NCBI RefSeq assembly: GCF_018977255.1
Contig: NW_024704953.1
Location: forward strand, 62,001-96,647
Direction: 5' to 3'
DNA: 34,647 bases
DNA from: Callorhinchus milii
Taxonomy: Eukaryota
Positions 9,131-20,547 of this stretch are shown piece after piece. The notes below the pieces were generated by a model, which searched no databases, had not been told where the DNA came from, and was given only the letters and a program-made list of their open reading frames with translations. Position 1 is the stretch's first letter, and each line of letters begins with the position of its first letter. The translations under genes were made by a program, and so were the position numbers.

Positions 9131-9721
9131 GAATGGTACAAATATTACCCACCCGGACATTGACTTCGCTCTGTCAGGATATCGCTGTTGTTTCGAGTCG
9201 TTCCGTGGGATCTTTATTATCCAACTGAACATTCAAGGTTTGAGTGATCAACATTAATTTGAAGGGATTATTACATAATTATTATTATTATTATTGTATT
9301 TTTTGATTATTATTATTATTTCTTGGAAAAGCGACCCGTTGATCGATTTACAATCGGGTCCTTAGTCACTCCTCGGTAAACAAAAGCCTGTGTGAGGAGC
9401 GATGAAACTTGCCTATGGTTTCACCAGGCTCGGGATCCAACCCGGGTCCTCTCGTTTGAGAGTCGAGGATTATTCCCACTCCACCACAGTGCTCCATTCA
9501 ATTAATAAAACAAAAGAAACATGATTTCTTTTATTACAATCCCAAATGAAAGTAAATCAATAGCAGCTGGAGGTCTAATACCTAACTCAAGCATGCATTG
9601 TGTTCTGCATTTATTGTAACATATAATGGCGTGAAACATTAGCTGACAATTTGGTGTGAGGTTAATGTGGTTTCCTCTGAGTCTGGCTGCAGGCAGATCA
9701 TCCTGTGTAAACAGTGAAGGC

Positions 9722-9760
9722 AGTTCTTGTACGAGTCTTGCGTTGCAGTCTATCACTGTG
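9722..9760 (-). promoter_or_regulatory. 23-RSS of conventional V 'b'
   Basis: CACAGTG, 23 bp, ACAAGAACT. Confidence 0.92.
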
Positions 9761-10749
9761 GTGAGACTTAAGGCACAGTAATACACAGCGCTGTCAGACA
9801 CCACCAGCTCTGAGATGGATAAACTGGTGGATGAATTGGATGTCTGTAGCTGAGCAGAGAAACGATTTCCAAATCCTATTCCTTTTACTTGATCGTCATT
9901 CCCAGAATATCTCCAAATTATAAACTCCGGCTGTTTGTCTGGGTAATGTCGGTACCAAAAGAGATAGTAATAGCTTTCAGTCGTGGAATAAGTACATTGC
10001 AAAATCGCAATTTCTCCTTCTTTCTTCACCATCGTGGCAGCTTTCTGACTGACGGAATCACCAACACAGAGTTCTGTAATAAACATGGAACAGCACGAAC
10101 ATATTATTCACTCAGTGCCTGAGTTATTTTTGGAGTGCCTTTGAACGTCCTCCCGACGAGAAATGCGCTATGCATAAGTACTATGTTAACAATGAAATTA
10201 TACTATTCAATGTATTTTATATAAAGCATTATCACATTGTTGGGAGGTCTTGATACGCTTCACAGAATTTGCTGTCGAGTTAAGTGCTGTGTATTTTGGG
10301 GGGAGAAACCCGATAGCCAATTTCGCACAGCACTGCCTAAAATAAAACAGTGCTGGAATGTATTACCAAATAGTTATTTCTTAAAAAAGATTACTTTCCT
10401 TGGAAAATGGATCAGACAAACCACTAAACACGTTTTTGAATTGAGTTATTATTTGAAAAGTTATTACCTCCGGGTTGCAAATCAAGGGGGATTCTACTTA
10501 CTGCTGTTTAAACAGAGGCATGTGTGTGCTTGAGCAGAGAGGAAACAAGCTTATGTATTCATCCTGCCCGGGAAACGAATCCCTGTCATCTCGCTTGCGA
10601 GGCGAGAACTCTAACCCCTGAACTAAAGTTTTCTCTCCACCAGTTGTTGTTGAAACGCAGTTGACAATCAGCATCGACATGAATTAGTTCAACGCGGCCT
10701 CACCTGACATGAAGGTTCCCAGCACAAGACAGACAGCAAACAGCCTCAT
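9761..10749 (-). CDS. Conventional TCR alpha/delta V 'b' (leader 10704-10749, V exon 9761-10073), intact
   Basis: MRLFAVCLVLGTFMS|ELCVGDSVSQKAATMVKKEGEIAILQCTYSTTESYYYLFWYRHYPDKQPEF...SDSAVYYCALSL; GT/AG phase-1 intron; 23-RSS. Confidence 0.93.
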
Positions 10750-10814
10750 TGCTGCACTTCAGTCTGTGTGGTTGTATCTGTGCCATTACTTTGCTGATTA
10801 CCCGCAGTGATTGT

Positions 10815-10850
10815 CGGCATTGGCGGAGCCACAGTCTCACGTCACGTCAA
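10815..10850 (-). promoter_or_regulatory. V 'b' promoter: tandem CRE-like TGACGTGACGTGA plus CCAAT
   Basis: tcacgtcacgtca 10837-10849 and attgg 10819-10823, 70-100 bp above the ATG; conserved in the paralog at 26165-26195. Confidence 0.55.
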
Positions 10851-11396
10851 TGGCATCTTAGCCGCGTTTCAACACAACAAACAATTGCTTTTATACAGTG
10901 GCTTTCACCAGGCACTGGGGGCAAGGAACCACTCAGCTCCTGGTAACTCTGCAAGCCAAAGCTTCGATGTAGGGACTAACCAAATTTTCCAGGTATCTCA
11001 AAGCGCTTCACAGCATCTGTGATCAGGTGCAGTGACTCTATATTTTGTGAGCGAGATGCGGCAGATTATTTTATTGAAGGTATTATTATCGGCGGAAAAG
11101 CAATTCCCAAATCAGGTTCCTACCTACTGATAAGTAAACATTGGCGTGTACAGTTAGGAGGCTTGCCCAACATTTCTCCCTGCCGAGAGTCGAACCCACC
11201 TCTCGATTGCGATGCATGTATTTTCACCACGGTTATGGCAAGAATATGTCATCGTGGGATCAATTAATTGTTTGTGTTACAATCAGAATTGCTGTTAATG
11301 TTATGTTCTCTTTGTGTCTTTTTCTCGTCTCCTTTCCCACAGGAAATCGCTGCTGCGGCCAAGAAAGACAGAAGCACAAACCCACTAATGGCTGTT

Positions 11397-11435
11397 AGTT
11401 TTTGAACGAGTCTCTGACTGGTACCCATCACTGTG
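11397..11435 (-). promoter_or_regulatory. 23-RSS of conventional V 'c'
   Basis: CACAGTG, 23 bp, TCAAAAACT. Confidence 0.9.
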
Positions 11436-12213
11436 TGGTTGGAGAGCACAGTAATACACAGCGCTGTCAGACAGCTGCAGCAGGGAGATGGTTAAACTGC
11501 TAAATTTTGTCGAGATTTGGAGCTCAATAGAGAACCGCTTTTTAGCAAAATCTGCTTTATATGTACTACCACCGGAATGCTGTTGAAGCACATACTGTGG
11601 TTGTGTTTCTTGTTTTTCTCGATACCATTTTAAATAGTAGTTGCTCAGAGACGTATCATAATGACATTCCATGGTCACACTTCCTCCTTCTTTCCCAATC
11701 ACTGAAGCCACCTTCTGTGTCACAGAGTCTCCCAGGGTCAGGCCTGAAAGACAAGAGCGTGGAGTCCTGTAGCTCAGTGGTTAGAGCGCTCGCCTCGCAA
11801 GTGAGAGGACCCGAATTCGATTCCCGGTCAGGACAGAATCTTAGGCAAATTTCTTTAACCACACACCTCTAGTTACACAACACGAAATAGAAAACTGTGT
11901 GTTACTCAATCAGCCGAATAGTTCTTTCTTAGCACACACACCTACGATTAGTCAACCGTAACTAGAAAACTATTTGTGAGTCAATTAGCCGATTGCTTTT
12001 CGTGGATAAAAATCCCTTCAAAAAGAATAGAAAAGCCTTTTAAAGTGTGTTCAGTAAATCCTTGAGTATTTAGGGGACCTTTTTTGCATGAAATTAGCTA
12101 CCATTCAGTTAAATGATTTTAAAAAATAATTGAAAGATGTATAATTGTTATAATAAATTACCTATTAAGATGGCAGCGAGAACCAGACACAAACTGGCTC
12201 CCTCCAACCCCAT
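11436..12213 (-). CDS. Conventional TCR alpha/delta V 'c' (leader 12162-12213, V exon 11436-11743), intact
   Basis: MGLEGASLCLVLAAILI|GLTLGDSVTQKVASVIGKEGGSVTMECHYDTSLSNYYLKWYREKQ...SDSAVYYCALQP; donor GTAATT, acceptor TTTCAG. Confidence 0.9.
11764..11860 (+). mobile_element. SINE head with tRNA-Ala(CGC)-like cloverleaf, in the V 'c' intron
   Basis: GTCCTGTAGCTCAGTGGTTAGAGCGCTCGCCTCGCAAGTGAGAGGACCCGAATTCGATTCCCGGTCAGGAC; A and B boxes; T-stem mismatched; continues into SINE body. Confidence 0.75.
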
Positions 12214-12237
12214 CACTGACTTCACAACTGAGCTCTT

Positions 12238-12320
12238 GATTGGATAAGTTATTGGTGTTGATCGTAGGAGTATGGCTTTGAGTCTGGTTGGCACTTGATC
12301 GCTATGACCTCACTTCCTAA
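12238..12320 (-). promoter_or_regulatory. V 'c' promoter: AGGAAGTGAGGTCA (Ets plus TCR-V decamer/CRE-like) and CCAAT boxes
   Basis: tgacctcacttcct at 12305-12318 resembles the AGTGAYRTCA TCR V decamer; attgg at 12239 and 12251. Confidence 0.5.
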
Positions 12321-12399
12321 TCAAGTGACGCGAGCATCGTCTGCTCAACGTTGGAGGGAAGTTAAAGTGTCACAATTCATCTTCTGGGGGGAAGTAAGA

Positions 12400-12620
12400 G
12401 TGAATTTCCTTCGAGCCCATTCAATTTAGTGACAGGCTTGACACAGAAAGGAAGACCAGATTTGTTGGTTTCCATGATATCAGAGAGGTAGGATTGTAAA
12501 TAACCAAATAGGCATTTAAAGGTGAGTGTGAGGATCTTGAGTTCGGTCTGAGGCGGTTGAATTCGCTGCCGAATGGGAGCGAGTAGATTGGGATAGGTTC
12601 AGATCCAAAACTAACGTAAT
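12400..12620 (-). mobile_element. Degenerate L2 ORF2 3' fragment
   Basis: Frameshifted similarity to the L2 HWLP...RI.FKIL region. Confidence 0.35.
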
Positions 12621-12899
12621 CGTGTGTGAAAGTAACAGAACATACAGATTTTTGGATAGTATGCAATTTGTGAAGGGAAGGGGCAGGTTATAGAGTAAGC
12701 AGACACTTTGTGTAATCTTGCCTGGACATGATCAACGCAAGAATTTAGATGAAAAATCAAGGAAACCAGCAGCCGAGCCTGAAAGAATAAATGTTCGCCT
12801 TCCATTACATTACATTACATTCTCATAATATTCATAGAAGCGCTCCAGTCTGGGCACTCCAAAGCCCACGGGTGGCTGAAGATATTTCTTCACCAAACT

Positions 12900-13260
12900 G
12901 TACTGAAGGGGTGGTCCCAAGCTGGACGAGCAGTGAGAAACCTTGCCAGATGGTGATATCAATAGCAAGCTGTGCAGTTTTAGCTGGTTAGACTCCAGCA
13001 GTTACCCCCAACTCACGCTCTGGGGTCCCCAAGCCTTGGCTCTTGCCAACGTGCACCTAGAAGGTTCTGGAATTAGGTTCACAGGATGCATCCCTCCAGG
13101 GAGAGAGTGCGCATTTCATTCCGATAATCTATCTCTGGGATTTCCATGTGTAGGGGGGGCTGCGTGGAATTCTCAGTTCGGTTGGGATACTCTTAAGAAT
13201 GGTGATGGGTTTTGGCACGTGTCGGGCACCCGGCTGACCAAAAAAAGGATATTTCCATCC
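12900..13260. repeat. Unclassified interspersed repeat (other copies about 23200-23545 and 26370-26600)
   Basis: Shared words (gactccagcagt, ggggtccccaagcc, gttgggatactcttaag, gatgggtt, gaccraaaaaaa); family not recognised. Confidence 0.6.
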
Positions 13261-13374
13261 ATCTATTCCTTTATCATGGCTCATTGGCTATTTGATTTCC
13301 TTTCTTCCCAAATACCAGTATCCAGTCTCTGCTTCACACAGAGCCCAACAGCATTGATACATGTGACAGTTTGG

Positions 13375-13568
13375 GTAATAATAATCCCTCCAAAATAAAA
13401 CAATAATAAATTGGTCATTTTCAATCTACGACTGTTTGTGGGACATTGCTGTGCGCAATTGGCTGCCGCGTTCGCCCACAAATATACAGTCAATTCACTT
13501 TACAGTCTATACTGCGAAGCGCTTTGGGACGTCCTCCCGACGTGAAAAGCGCTATATCAAATGCAAGG

Positions 13569-13598
<30 letters not shown>
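13375..13598 (+). mobile_element. Young 5'-truncated SINE with (ATT)n tail
   Basis: Near-identical to the 3' two-thirds of the copy at 26792-27118. Confidence 0.8.
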
Positions 13599-13599
<1 letters not shown>

Positions 13600-14299
13600 C
13601 ATCATCTGAGGTGACATACTTTTAGTTGTACGTTCTCTTATCTGTCAGAATGCTTTTGGTTCAGGATTCAAGTTGACAATTTGAGATCAAATTCTAGATT
13701 GAAATTCAAATCCATGAAACAATAAATCCTCATAAACTGTCATTCATGACAGCCGTTGCTCCCGTATCATAATGGAAACTAAAAGAGTAATTCGCAATTA
13801 TTTTGCCAAAAGTCCTATGCGATCATTATCTTCCACGTGAACAGACAAGTCAGTACCTCAGTCGAATAACAGTAACAAACCTTTCATTTGATAAAGCACA
13901 TTATCTCGTGTTAGAGACGTCTTAAAGAGCTGCATTGAAAATATTGTAAAGTGAATTCATGGTACGTTTTGCGTCATCCAAGAATTGAATTTTTTTTATC
14001 TTTTATTTCCAGGATTTATTACCGACCCGGAAAAGTGATACAAAATGTTGGAAGGCCGCCGGATATGCTTATCTCTTCCAAATGCTCCTCGACTTCAAAA
14101 TACTCCACTTCAAATCCCCTTCTGGATTAAAGAGGACAATTTGTAAATGCTTAAATTTAGCTGGCAGCCTTCTTTGATTTCTTGATCAGTTGGACATAAA
14201 TAGTAAAGTGTCGCCCTCTGAAGGCCAATGTGCCACAATTCATCACTGCTTCATATTTCATGGCAAACTTGAAGTAAAGCAGTGATTGTAATAATAATG

Positions 14300-14460
14300 T
14301 GTTGAGGTTCCCAGTGGCTTATATTACTGAGGCTCAGAGTACAGTAACACTCCCCGCTGTCAGACACTGTGAGACCACAGACACTGAAGCCCCCCCTTCC
14401 ACACACCAAATCCTCGCCTCACAATTATGTTGATCTGTTCTGAGCCCCAAAGGGCCTTTT
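14300..14460 (-). pseudogene. TCR V relic (FR3 plus decayed RSS); paralog about 27700-27880
   Basis: Minus frame ...GAQNRST*...FSVCGLTVSDSGECYCTLSL resembles GFGNRFS...SELVVSDSAVYYCALSL; heptamer decayed to CTCAGTA. Confidence 0.6.
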
Positions 14461-15398
14461 TCATTATAATACTTTACATTGCAACACAGAATTGAGCCAA
14501 ACTTGCCAACGGCAATTGTACATTGTTGTACTTGCGGACTATTTAACCAGTAATAAATAGGAATCCGTTGTTATTCGATTGGCGAACCACTTTCCGGGTT
14601 AATAATCCCTCCGAAAGTTGTTGGTCACAGCTCTACGCCAATCGACAAACTGATGAGTTCCTACTTGCTGCTATTTAAACAGAGGTGTGTGGAATAAGGA
14701 AACTTGCCCATCGTTTCCCCCACCGTGAGTCGAACCCAGGTCTCTCACTGGCGAGATGTGTGTTCTAACAACTGAGCTACTGGACATCGCAGATATAACC
14801 TTTGAATCAATATTGGTCATATATTAGAACATTGGCATATTGAAATACAATACATTTGTTTCTCAGTCTGAAGCTTTAGGAAACCCATCGCAAGGTTATA
14901 GGGACTACAAATATTGCTACCTCCCACTTCCTCATGGAAATTACTGAAATAGTCTTTTTGAATTGAATGAGCATTCTCCTCCCTGATGAAACTATGCAGT
15001 TTAGCTAAATCCGTCAATGATTAGCCGCAAGTTGGCGAGAACCAAGGCTTGAGGACCCCCACATTACGCTTTGGGGTAACTGTTGCTGTATAACCAGCTA
15101 ATGCCACATAGTTTCCCGTTCACACCGCCAATTCGCAGCAACTTCTTTTAGCAGTATATTTTGTGAAGCCGTTTGAGACATCTCGAAATCGCGATAAGGC
15201 GCTACATTAAATGTAAGATTCACTATTAATTCGTTCACTCTTTCCCTACACGAACTGTTCCATCACATTTTGATTGTGGTTGGCAATCAGCCGCGTGTTT
15301 CCTCTGAGAGACACAGGAGCAAAGTAAAAAATGTGAATTAGGTCAACTGTCAGCATTAACATCTGTGCTGAGATGAGACCCATTCTCTACTCTTTGGG

Positions 15399-15863
15399 GG
15401 TTTATGCACAGTGATGTAGTCTGACAGTAATACTGTGTGTGTGATGGCACAGTAATGTTTGACCATGTCAGATAGCCTCGTGGAGCACAAATGCAGTGGA
15501 TATCTTCTTGCCCGTGTACATATTTGGCGTTGAACTTTGCGTTGTAAATCCACTAATGAATATATCCCCATTAGAATCACGTCTCCTTGTGTACAGAGGA
15601 GGTTCCCTTGGATACTGACGGTACCAGAATATTAAAACATTGGGGGAATCAGCAGAGGAGGTGCAGATCCGGGTTACAGTCTGGCCTTCAATAACAGACA
15701 CTTCCATCTCTGATGGTTCAATACTGACTCCATTCCCTGTCCCTATAGCCAGAGAAAACATGTTTACCAGTGTCACACAAAGCCCAGAGGTAAATCCACA
15801 TATTGTTTTAAGAGTGAGGGAGAAAGACTTAAACATCATGCCCAATAACAGTGAATGTAACAT
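15399..15863 (-). pseudogene. TCR V pseudogene 'd' (RSS 15399-15437, V exon 15438-15742, dead leader about 15830-15863)
   Basis: C, FWYRQYP and HYC retained; 2-nt deletion versus the paralog gives TGA at 15468-15470; leader MLHSLLLGMM has donor GTAAGT mutated to TTAAGT; RSS CACAGTA-23-GCATAAACC. Confidence 0.85.
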
Positions 15864-16839
15864 CGCAAAGGATTTAACATCGCAAACGTGCTGCCCTGTT
15901 ATCCTATAAAGCACATAAGAACTCAAATTTACAATCAAAATATGTGAAGAGCTTTAAGTGATACTCCATACCGAAAAATATATAAGGACTATTGTTCCTT
16001 CATCTCCAGGATTTATTTTCTATGCTGGGTTGTCAAAAAATCAACCTTGTGTTCCAACGTCGGTCAAGTAAAACCCATTGATTATCTTGACTTCATCTGT
16101 TACAAGTAACATAATATGAATCGTTGCATTTGATATAGAGATTCTACATTTTTAACTGGAGCGCACACGTGTGTCGTACAAAAACAGTCCTGGATCAAGT
16201 AACAAAATTATTATTTGCCAATTATCTTTGCACCGGTCATTACCCCAGAAAATAATCTGACAGTCGAACAACAACCGCTTTCCCACTTACTGGAGGAAAA
16301 ATAGAGACGAGAGTATGGAGTAAGTAAACTTGATCAACTTTTCGCACTGCATGGGATTCGAACCCACGTGCTCTCAATAACCATTAAGGTACAACTCTAC
16401 ACTTCCATTAAAATATCACTCTAAACAACTTTGTGTGAAAACATATGGAACACCATTATTTATGTGCCCGCTCCAACCAACAAAAAATTGGATTGGGCAT
16501 TTTTACTGCAAAATATACAGCCAATTCTATTGAAAGAATATTCTTAGAAGCGCTTTGTGCAGTCTCAATGACGTGCTGCAATAATGTAAAGATTATGTTA
16601 TTTGTTACTTTCTTTTTATTACTCTTATTATCAATATGTCAATCTTCCAACAAACATTTCTACAATCTTCTATCTGTTGATGAAGAGCATCTCAAATATA
16701 CAGTGGAAAATTATCACATATTATAACTGAATTGATAAACCTCGATAAGTTGTGAGTTACGCTGTCAGCTGGCAGAAGGTTTGTTATACTGTCTGTCACT
16801 AACGGTACTGTACTGCTTCCCAGCTTTGGTTGTGATGAG

Positions 16840-16878
16840 GGTTATTGTACGAGGTTTCCTATGATGTGTACCACTGTG
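16840..16878 (-). promoter_or_regulatory. 23-RSS of supporting V-delta 2
   Basis: CACAGTG, 23 bp, ACAATAACC. Confidence 0.95.
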
Positions 16879-17180
16879 GTGCAGACTGAGTGCACAGTGA
16901 TACATAGCGGAGTCTGTCAGCCGCAGGTCGGCGATGGTTAAAACGCTGATATTCTTGGCAGTGTCAAGAGAAGCAGAAATGTGACCTCCGGTGGGATTTC
17001 CTCCCTCTCCTGAGGGTTTTCCGTGGAGCAGGTATCTCAGTTCCTCGCCAGGGGACTGACGGTACCAGGAGACGCTGAAATCCTCTCCACTGCATGCTGT
17101 AACTTTGCAAAGTAATGTAATATTCTCACCAGCGAAAGACATGTGTTCAGGCGGTGACTGGGAAACAGCTTTACTCGATC
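16879..17180 (-). CDS. Leaderless supporting TCR-delta V segment 2
   Basis: Acceptor CCCCGCAG|; (R)SSKAVSQSPPEHMSFAGENITLLCKVTACSGEDFSVSWYRQ...DSAMYHCALSLH; CDR1 Cys; no leader seen in the gap-free intron to J2. Confidence 0.92.
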
Positions 17181-17888
17181 CTGCGGGGAGCAGATTATAA
17201 GCTGTTTTAAATCATGGAATAATATAACCTTATTGCACAGAAAAGGATTCTTCGGCCCACCGTTCCTTCGCCGTCTCTATGAAAGAGCTGCCCATTTATT
17301 CCCGCTCCCCTTCACACATCGCTTCCATATTATTTATTTTTACTATTATTTAATAACAGTAATATTTATATTATTTAATGTTTTTGTTTGCAGCTTATTG
17401 TTCATCTACTTGTACCGCAATTTCAAGCAGTGCATTCCAGAATATATAAGCTTTGCGGTAAAATTTAAAGTTTTCCTCATCTCCCATCTGAGCTTTTAAC
17501 AATTACCTTAAACTTGTATTTGGTCTAACGACCCACTCGCCCGTGGAAGAATTTTATCTATTCTATCAACAACCCTCACAATTTTAAACACTTCACTTAA
17601 ACCTGCCCTTAACCTAAGTTGCTCTTAGGAGAACGTTTCCATATACTAATCGCTTCCTATCAATGAATTCCCTCATCCCTGGTTTTATTCTGTTAAATTT
17701 CCTTTGCTCCCTGTGTAAGTTGAAGACAAACTACTTAATATGTCTACGAAAGGCTTTATACCAATGGTAAGTATTGCTGTTATGTCAAAAAAAGGAAGAG
17801 CAGAGGAATGGATTAAATTAAAGAGCTGCTGTAGCTGAGACAGTTAACATGTTTACAGTAATGAAATGATCTCCCATAAACGCACAGA

Positions 17889-18182
17889 TTAATTAAGCTT
17901 TGTTTGTCTAGTTTTACATTTGTTTGCTGTAGTGAATTGTCCACATTGAGACTTTGTGTGTGTGTGATCATGGGAATGTTTAGAAGGGAATCAGGTGTCA
18001 GTTTGCACCGTTAACTCAGTGGGTTTACAGTTGAAGCAAATGCAAAGTTTCCCTTCTGTATATGTTGTTACTTTTACATCGCTGCTGGAGGAGGTTCAGT
18101 CTCTGGTTTGTTGCCAATATCAGTTGCTCTCTCAGTCTGTGAGCTGCTCAATACAGTTTCACTTGGGCCAGAAGCAAAGTGC
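17889..18182. promoter_or_regulatory. Conserved non-coding intron element, copy 2
   Basis: See copy 1; E-box CAGGTG at 17992-17997. Confidence 0.45.
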
Positions 18183-18385
18183 TTTCTTTCTTTTTTTCTT
18201 TCTTTCTTTGTTTCATTCTGTTTTTCTTTCTTTCTTTCCTTGTTTCCTTATTTCATTCTTTCCTTCTTTCATTCTTTCCTTGTTTCCTTCTTGCTTTCTT
18301 GCTTTATTGATTTCTTGATTTCTTGATTTCTTGGTTTCTTGCTTTCTGTCTGTCTGCTTTCTCTGAAATCCTTTTTTCTTTCTTT
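18183..18385. repeat. TTTC/TTTCTTG low-complexity microsatellite
   Basis: Directly visible; homologous position to the gap in unit A. Confidence 0.9.
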
Positions 18386-18994
18386 AACCAACATTCATCT
18401 TTCATTTTGACAGCTCGTAGTGTGTCCTCGCACTCAGATATGATAATTATTGGTTTATTGTGTTGGTGTAGAATAAAACAGAAGTCACTTGGGGATCTCA
18501 GCTTCTAAGGAGTGGGGAAAGTTAATGAACTTATCAGTTCGATGACATTGATTCAGAAACTGCGGTGTGATGGAATGGAGCAGGTTATACAATAGTTCAC
18601 ATTGGAGCCAATTCAGTTCGAAGGATCACACTACTTCACGGGAAAATTCAGGATGTTAGGAGTTTTTAAAATTTCGATTGACCCATCATGTGTTGCTTAA
18701 ATAACTTACCTGAGTTTACTTTCGAGAGTCCGTCTGAGCATATGCCTTTGGCAGCAATGTTGTGACTTAACAAAACAAAGATATAAAAGCTGTTCATTTG
18801 AGAAAGAAGCTTCAAAGCAGGAGCTGTTCAACCTTTTCCAATTTACAGATATATATATGTACGGAATCTTGCAAAATCGGTCAAAATAGTTTGTTGAAAT
18901 GGTAAATAATTCGATACAAATTGCTACAATAACGCGTTTTACAAAATCCCGTAAATCACGTAAATTTACTTTTTTAGAAATTGTTTTCACTCAC

Positions 18995-19086
18995 TTCTTG
19001 TTATAGTTACTGCGGTTCCTGATCCGTCAATGGTTCTTTCATAACAACACAGTGACACAATTCTCCTTCTTCAAAGTACAAAAACT
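18995..19086 (-). CDS. NAR-TCR J segment 2 (18995-19047; CYERTIDGSGTAVTITR) with 23-RSS (19048-19086)
   Basis: Donor GTGAGT phase 1; plus-strand CACAGTG-23-ACAAAAACT. Confidence 0.93.
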
Positions 19087-19410
19087 GTTACAATAGTCCA
19101 TGATTTAATGTTGGCACCAGTACACCCAATGCTGAAAAATTGGTCATTGATTCACTTCACTGAACCTCATCAAACTTCATAACTTTCATACGTTGCATTT
19201 GTCCAAATCATTTAATTTCAATATCATTTTGTCCCAACAGAGGCAAAGTGCATGGCACTTTCTGTCTGTACATCTTTCTGTAAATAGTTCAAGACAGTTC
19301 TACTTAGAGTAATTAATTTCGAAATCAAGCTTTTGAAACAATCAACAGCATAAAATAAAACAGAGCTGTCAGTTTTTACGGCATCTGAATATCCATGAAA
19401 ATATTTGTAC

Positions 19411-19484
19411 AGTATTTGTACTTATGTTTTCCAATGTGGCCTCTCCAGTTATCCACCACGGCATTTAATGTCAGCACAAAACGC
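19411..19484 (-). other. NAR-TCR D segment 2 (coding 19439-19456, GTGGATAACTGGAGAGGC) with 12/12 RSS
   Basis: Plus strand: agtatttgt-12-caatgtg [18 nt] cacggca-12-acaaaacgc; homologous to the D1 flanks. Confidence 0.85.
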
Positions 19485-19811
19485 ACGGATTTGCCAAACA
19501 GTCCAACTGTTTTCCGCAACTTAGAAATGATCACTCAATGATATTCCATATAGAGTTATTTTGAATATCGTCCCAGTGGGATTTGACTTGCTGCCTCTCT
19601 CATGTAATTAAATCAATACGCATATGAATCGCAGAAAATTTCCAATGGCCATTCCTGTTCACCATAATTTCCTAAATATTAATAAACAGTTGTTATCCCT
19701 TACAGGAAATATGAGTAAACATAATTTTATATCACACTTGAACGAGGAATGTGCATCAAGTACACTGACACGTTCACATTCTCTGTGTTTTTACTGTGAG
19801 TCGGAGAAGGG

Positions 19812-19849
19812 GCATTTTGTATTGCCGGAAGCCCAGATGCAACACTGTG
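19812..19849 (-). promoter_or_regulatory. RSS of NAR-V2, 22-bp spacer
   Basis: CACAGTG, 22 bp, ACAAAATGC. Confidence 0.88.
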
Positions 19850-20547
19850 CTTTACAAGTAATCGTATCGAGCTTTACAGTAGTAGACAGCACTGTCTTCA
19901 ACCTGCAAATCATTAATTTTCAGGGAAGTCGACTTTGATCCCTTTTCTATTTTTAGAACAAACCGTTCTTCACGAGGGATGGGCCTCCAATGTCTGTCAT
20001 TTGGAAACCATCTATAAAATACGATGCTCTTGAGAGTGTCGTAATACCCAGCTTCAAAGTCACAGGTGATGGTCAAAGAGTGGCATTCTTCTCTCCTCAG
20101 AGGGGATGGCGTCTGATTTACCGACCGACTGAAAACATCTGAATTTTTAACATAATATGACATTAGTTTAATAGAGTTCATGTCTTCACCGCATCAATGA
20201 TAATTTATTGTAAAATGCAATCAAGATAAATAATACAGTTTTCATATATTTCAACTAATTAATTATAGTGCGTCATGGAATATAACTATCATGATATAAA
20301 TAATCTGAATTGGCTGCTAAGTTTCGCCCCCAAAAGAAAGCCAATTCACTTTGCAATATATTCCGTGATTTGCTTTGAGACGACTCATCCACGTGATAAG
20401 GCGTTATATTAAATGCAAGAATTATTGTTATTTTTATTTCGCAGACTGTATTGATTATATTCACTCATGCTAGGTCTTGTTGGGTAATGCAAAAGAACAC
20501 TTACATTGTAAGAAGAGTAAGGAGATAGAGATATAGAGGAGAGACAT
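19850..20547 (-). CDS. NAR-TCR V2 (leader 20505-20547 MSLLYISISLLFLQ; V exon 19850-20138)
   Basis: RSVNQTPSPLRREECHSLTITCDFEAGYYDTLKSIVFYRWFPNDRHWRPIPREERFVLKIEKGSKSTSLKINDLQVEDSAVYYCKARYDYL*; open except a TAA at 19852-19854 in the trimmable tail. Confidence 0.9.

Larger units (their letters stand above)
1..15869. repeat. Tandem segmental duplication unit A (NAR-TCR cassette 1 plus conventional Vs)
   Basis: Sequence at 1 (ggatttaacagcgcaaatgtgctgcc) recurs at 15870 and 29010, followed by collinear order of SINE, supporting V, J, D, NAR-V and leader. Boundaries are homology anchors, not true breakpoints. Confidence 0.9.

Noticed and set aside
11764-11834. Genuine tRNA-Ala(CGC) gene
   Set aside because: T-stem has two mismatches, it runs directly into SINE body sequence, and many degenerate copies share the same head.
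14365-14371. Isolated heptamers (also 5343, 5456, 11421-region and others) as extra RSSs
   Set aside because: No nonamer at 12 or 23 bp and no coding segment in context; expected by chance.
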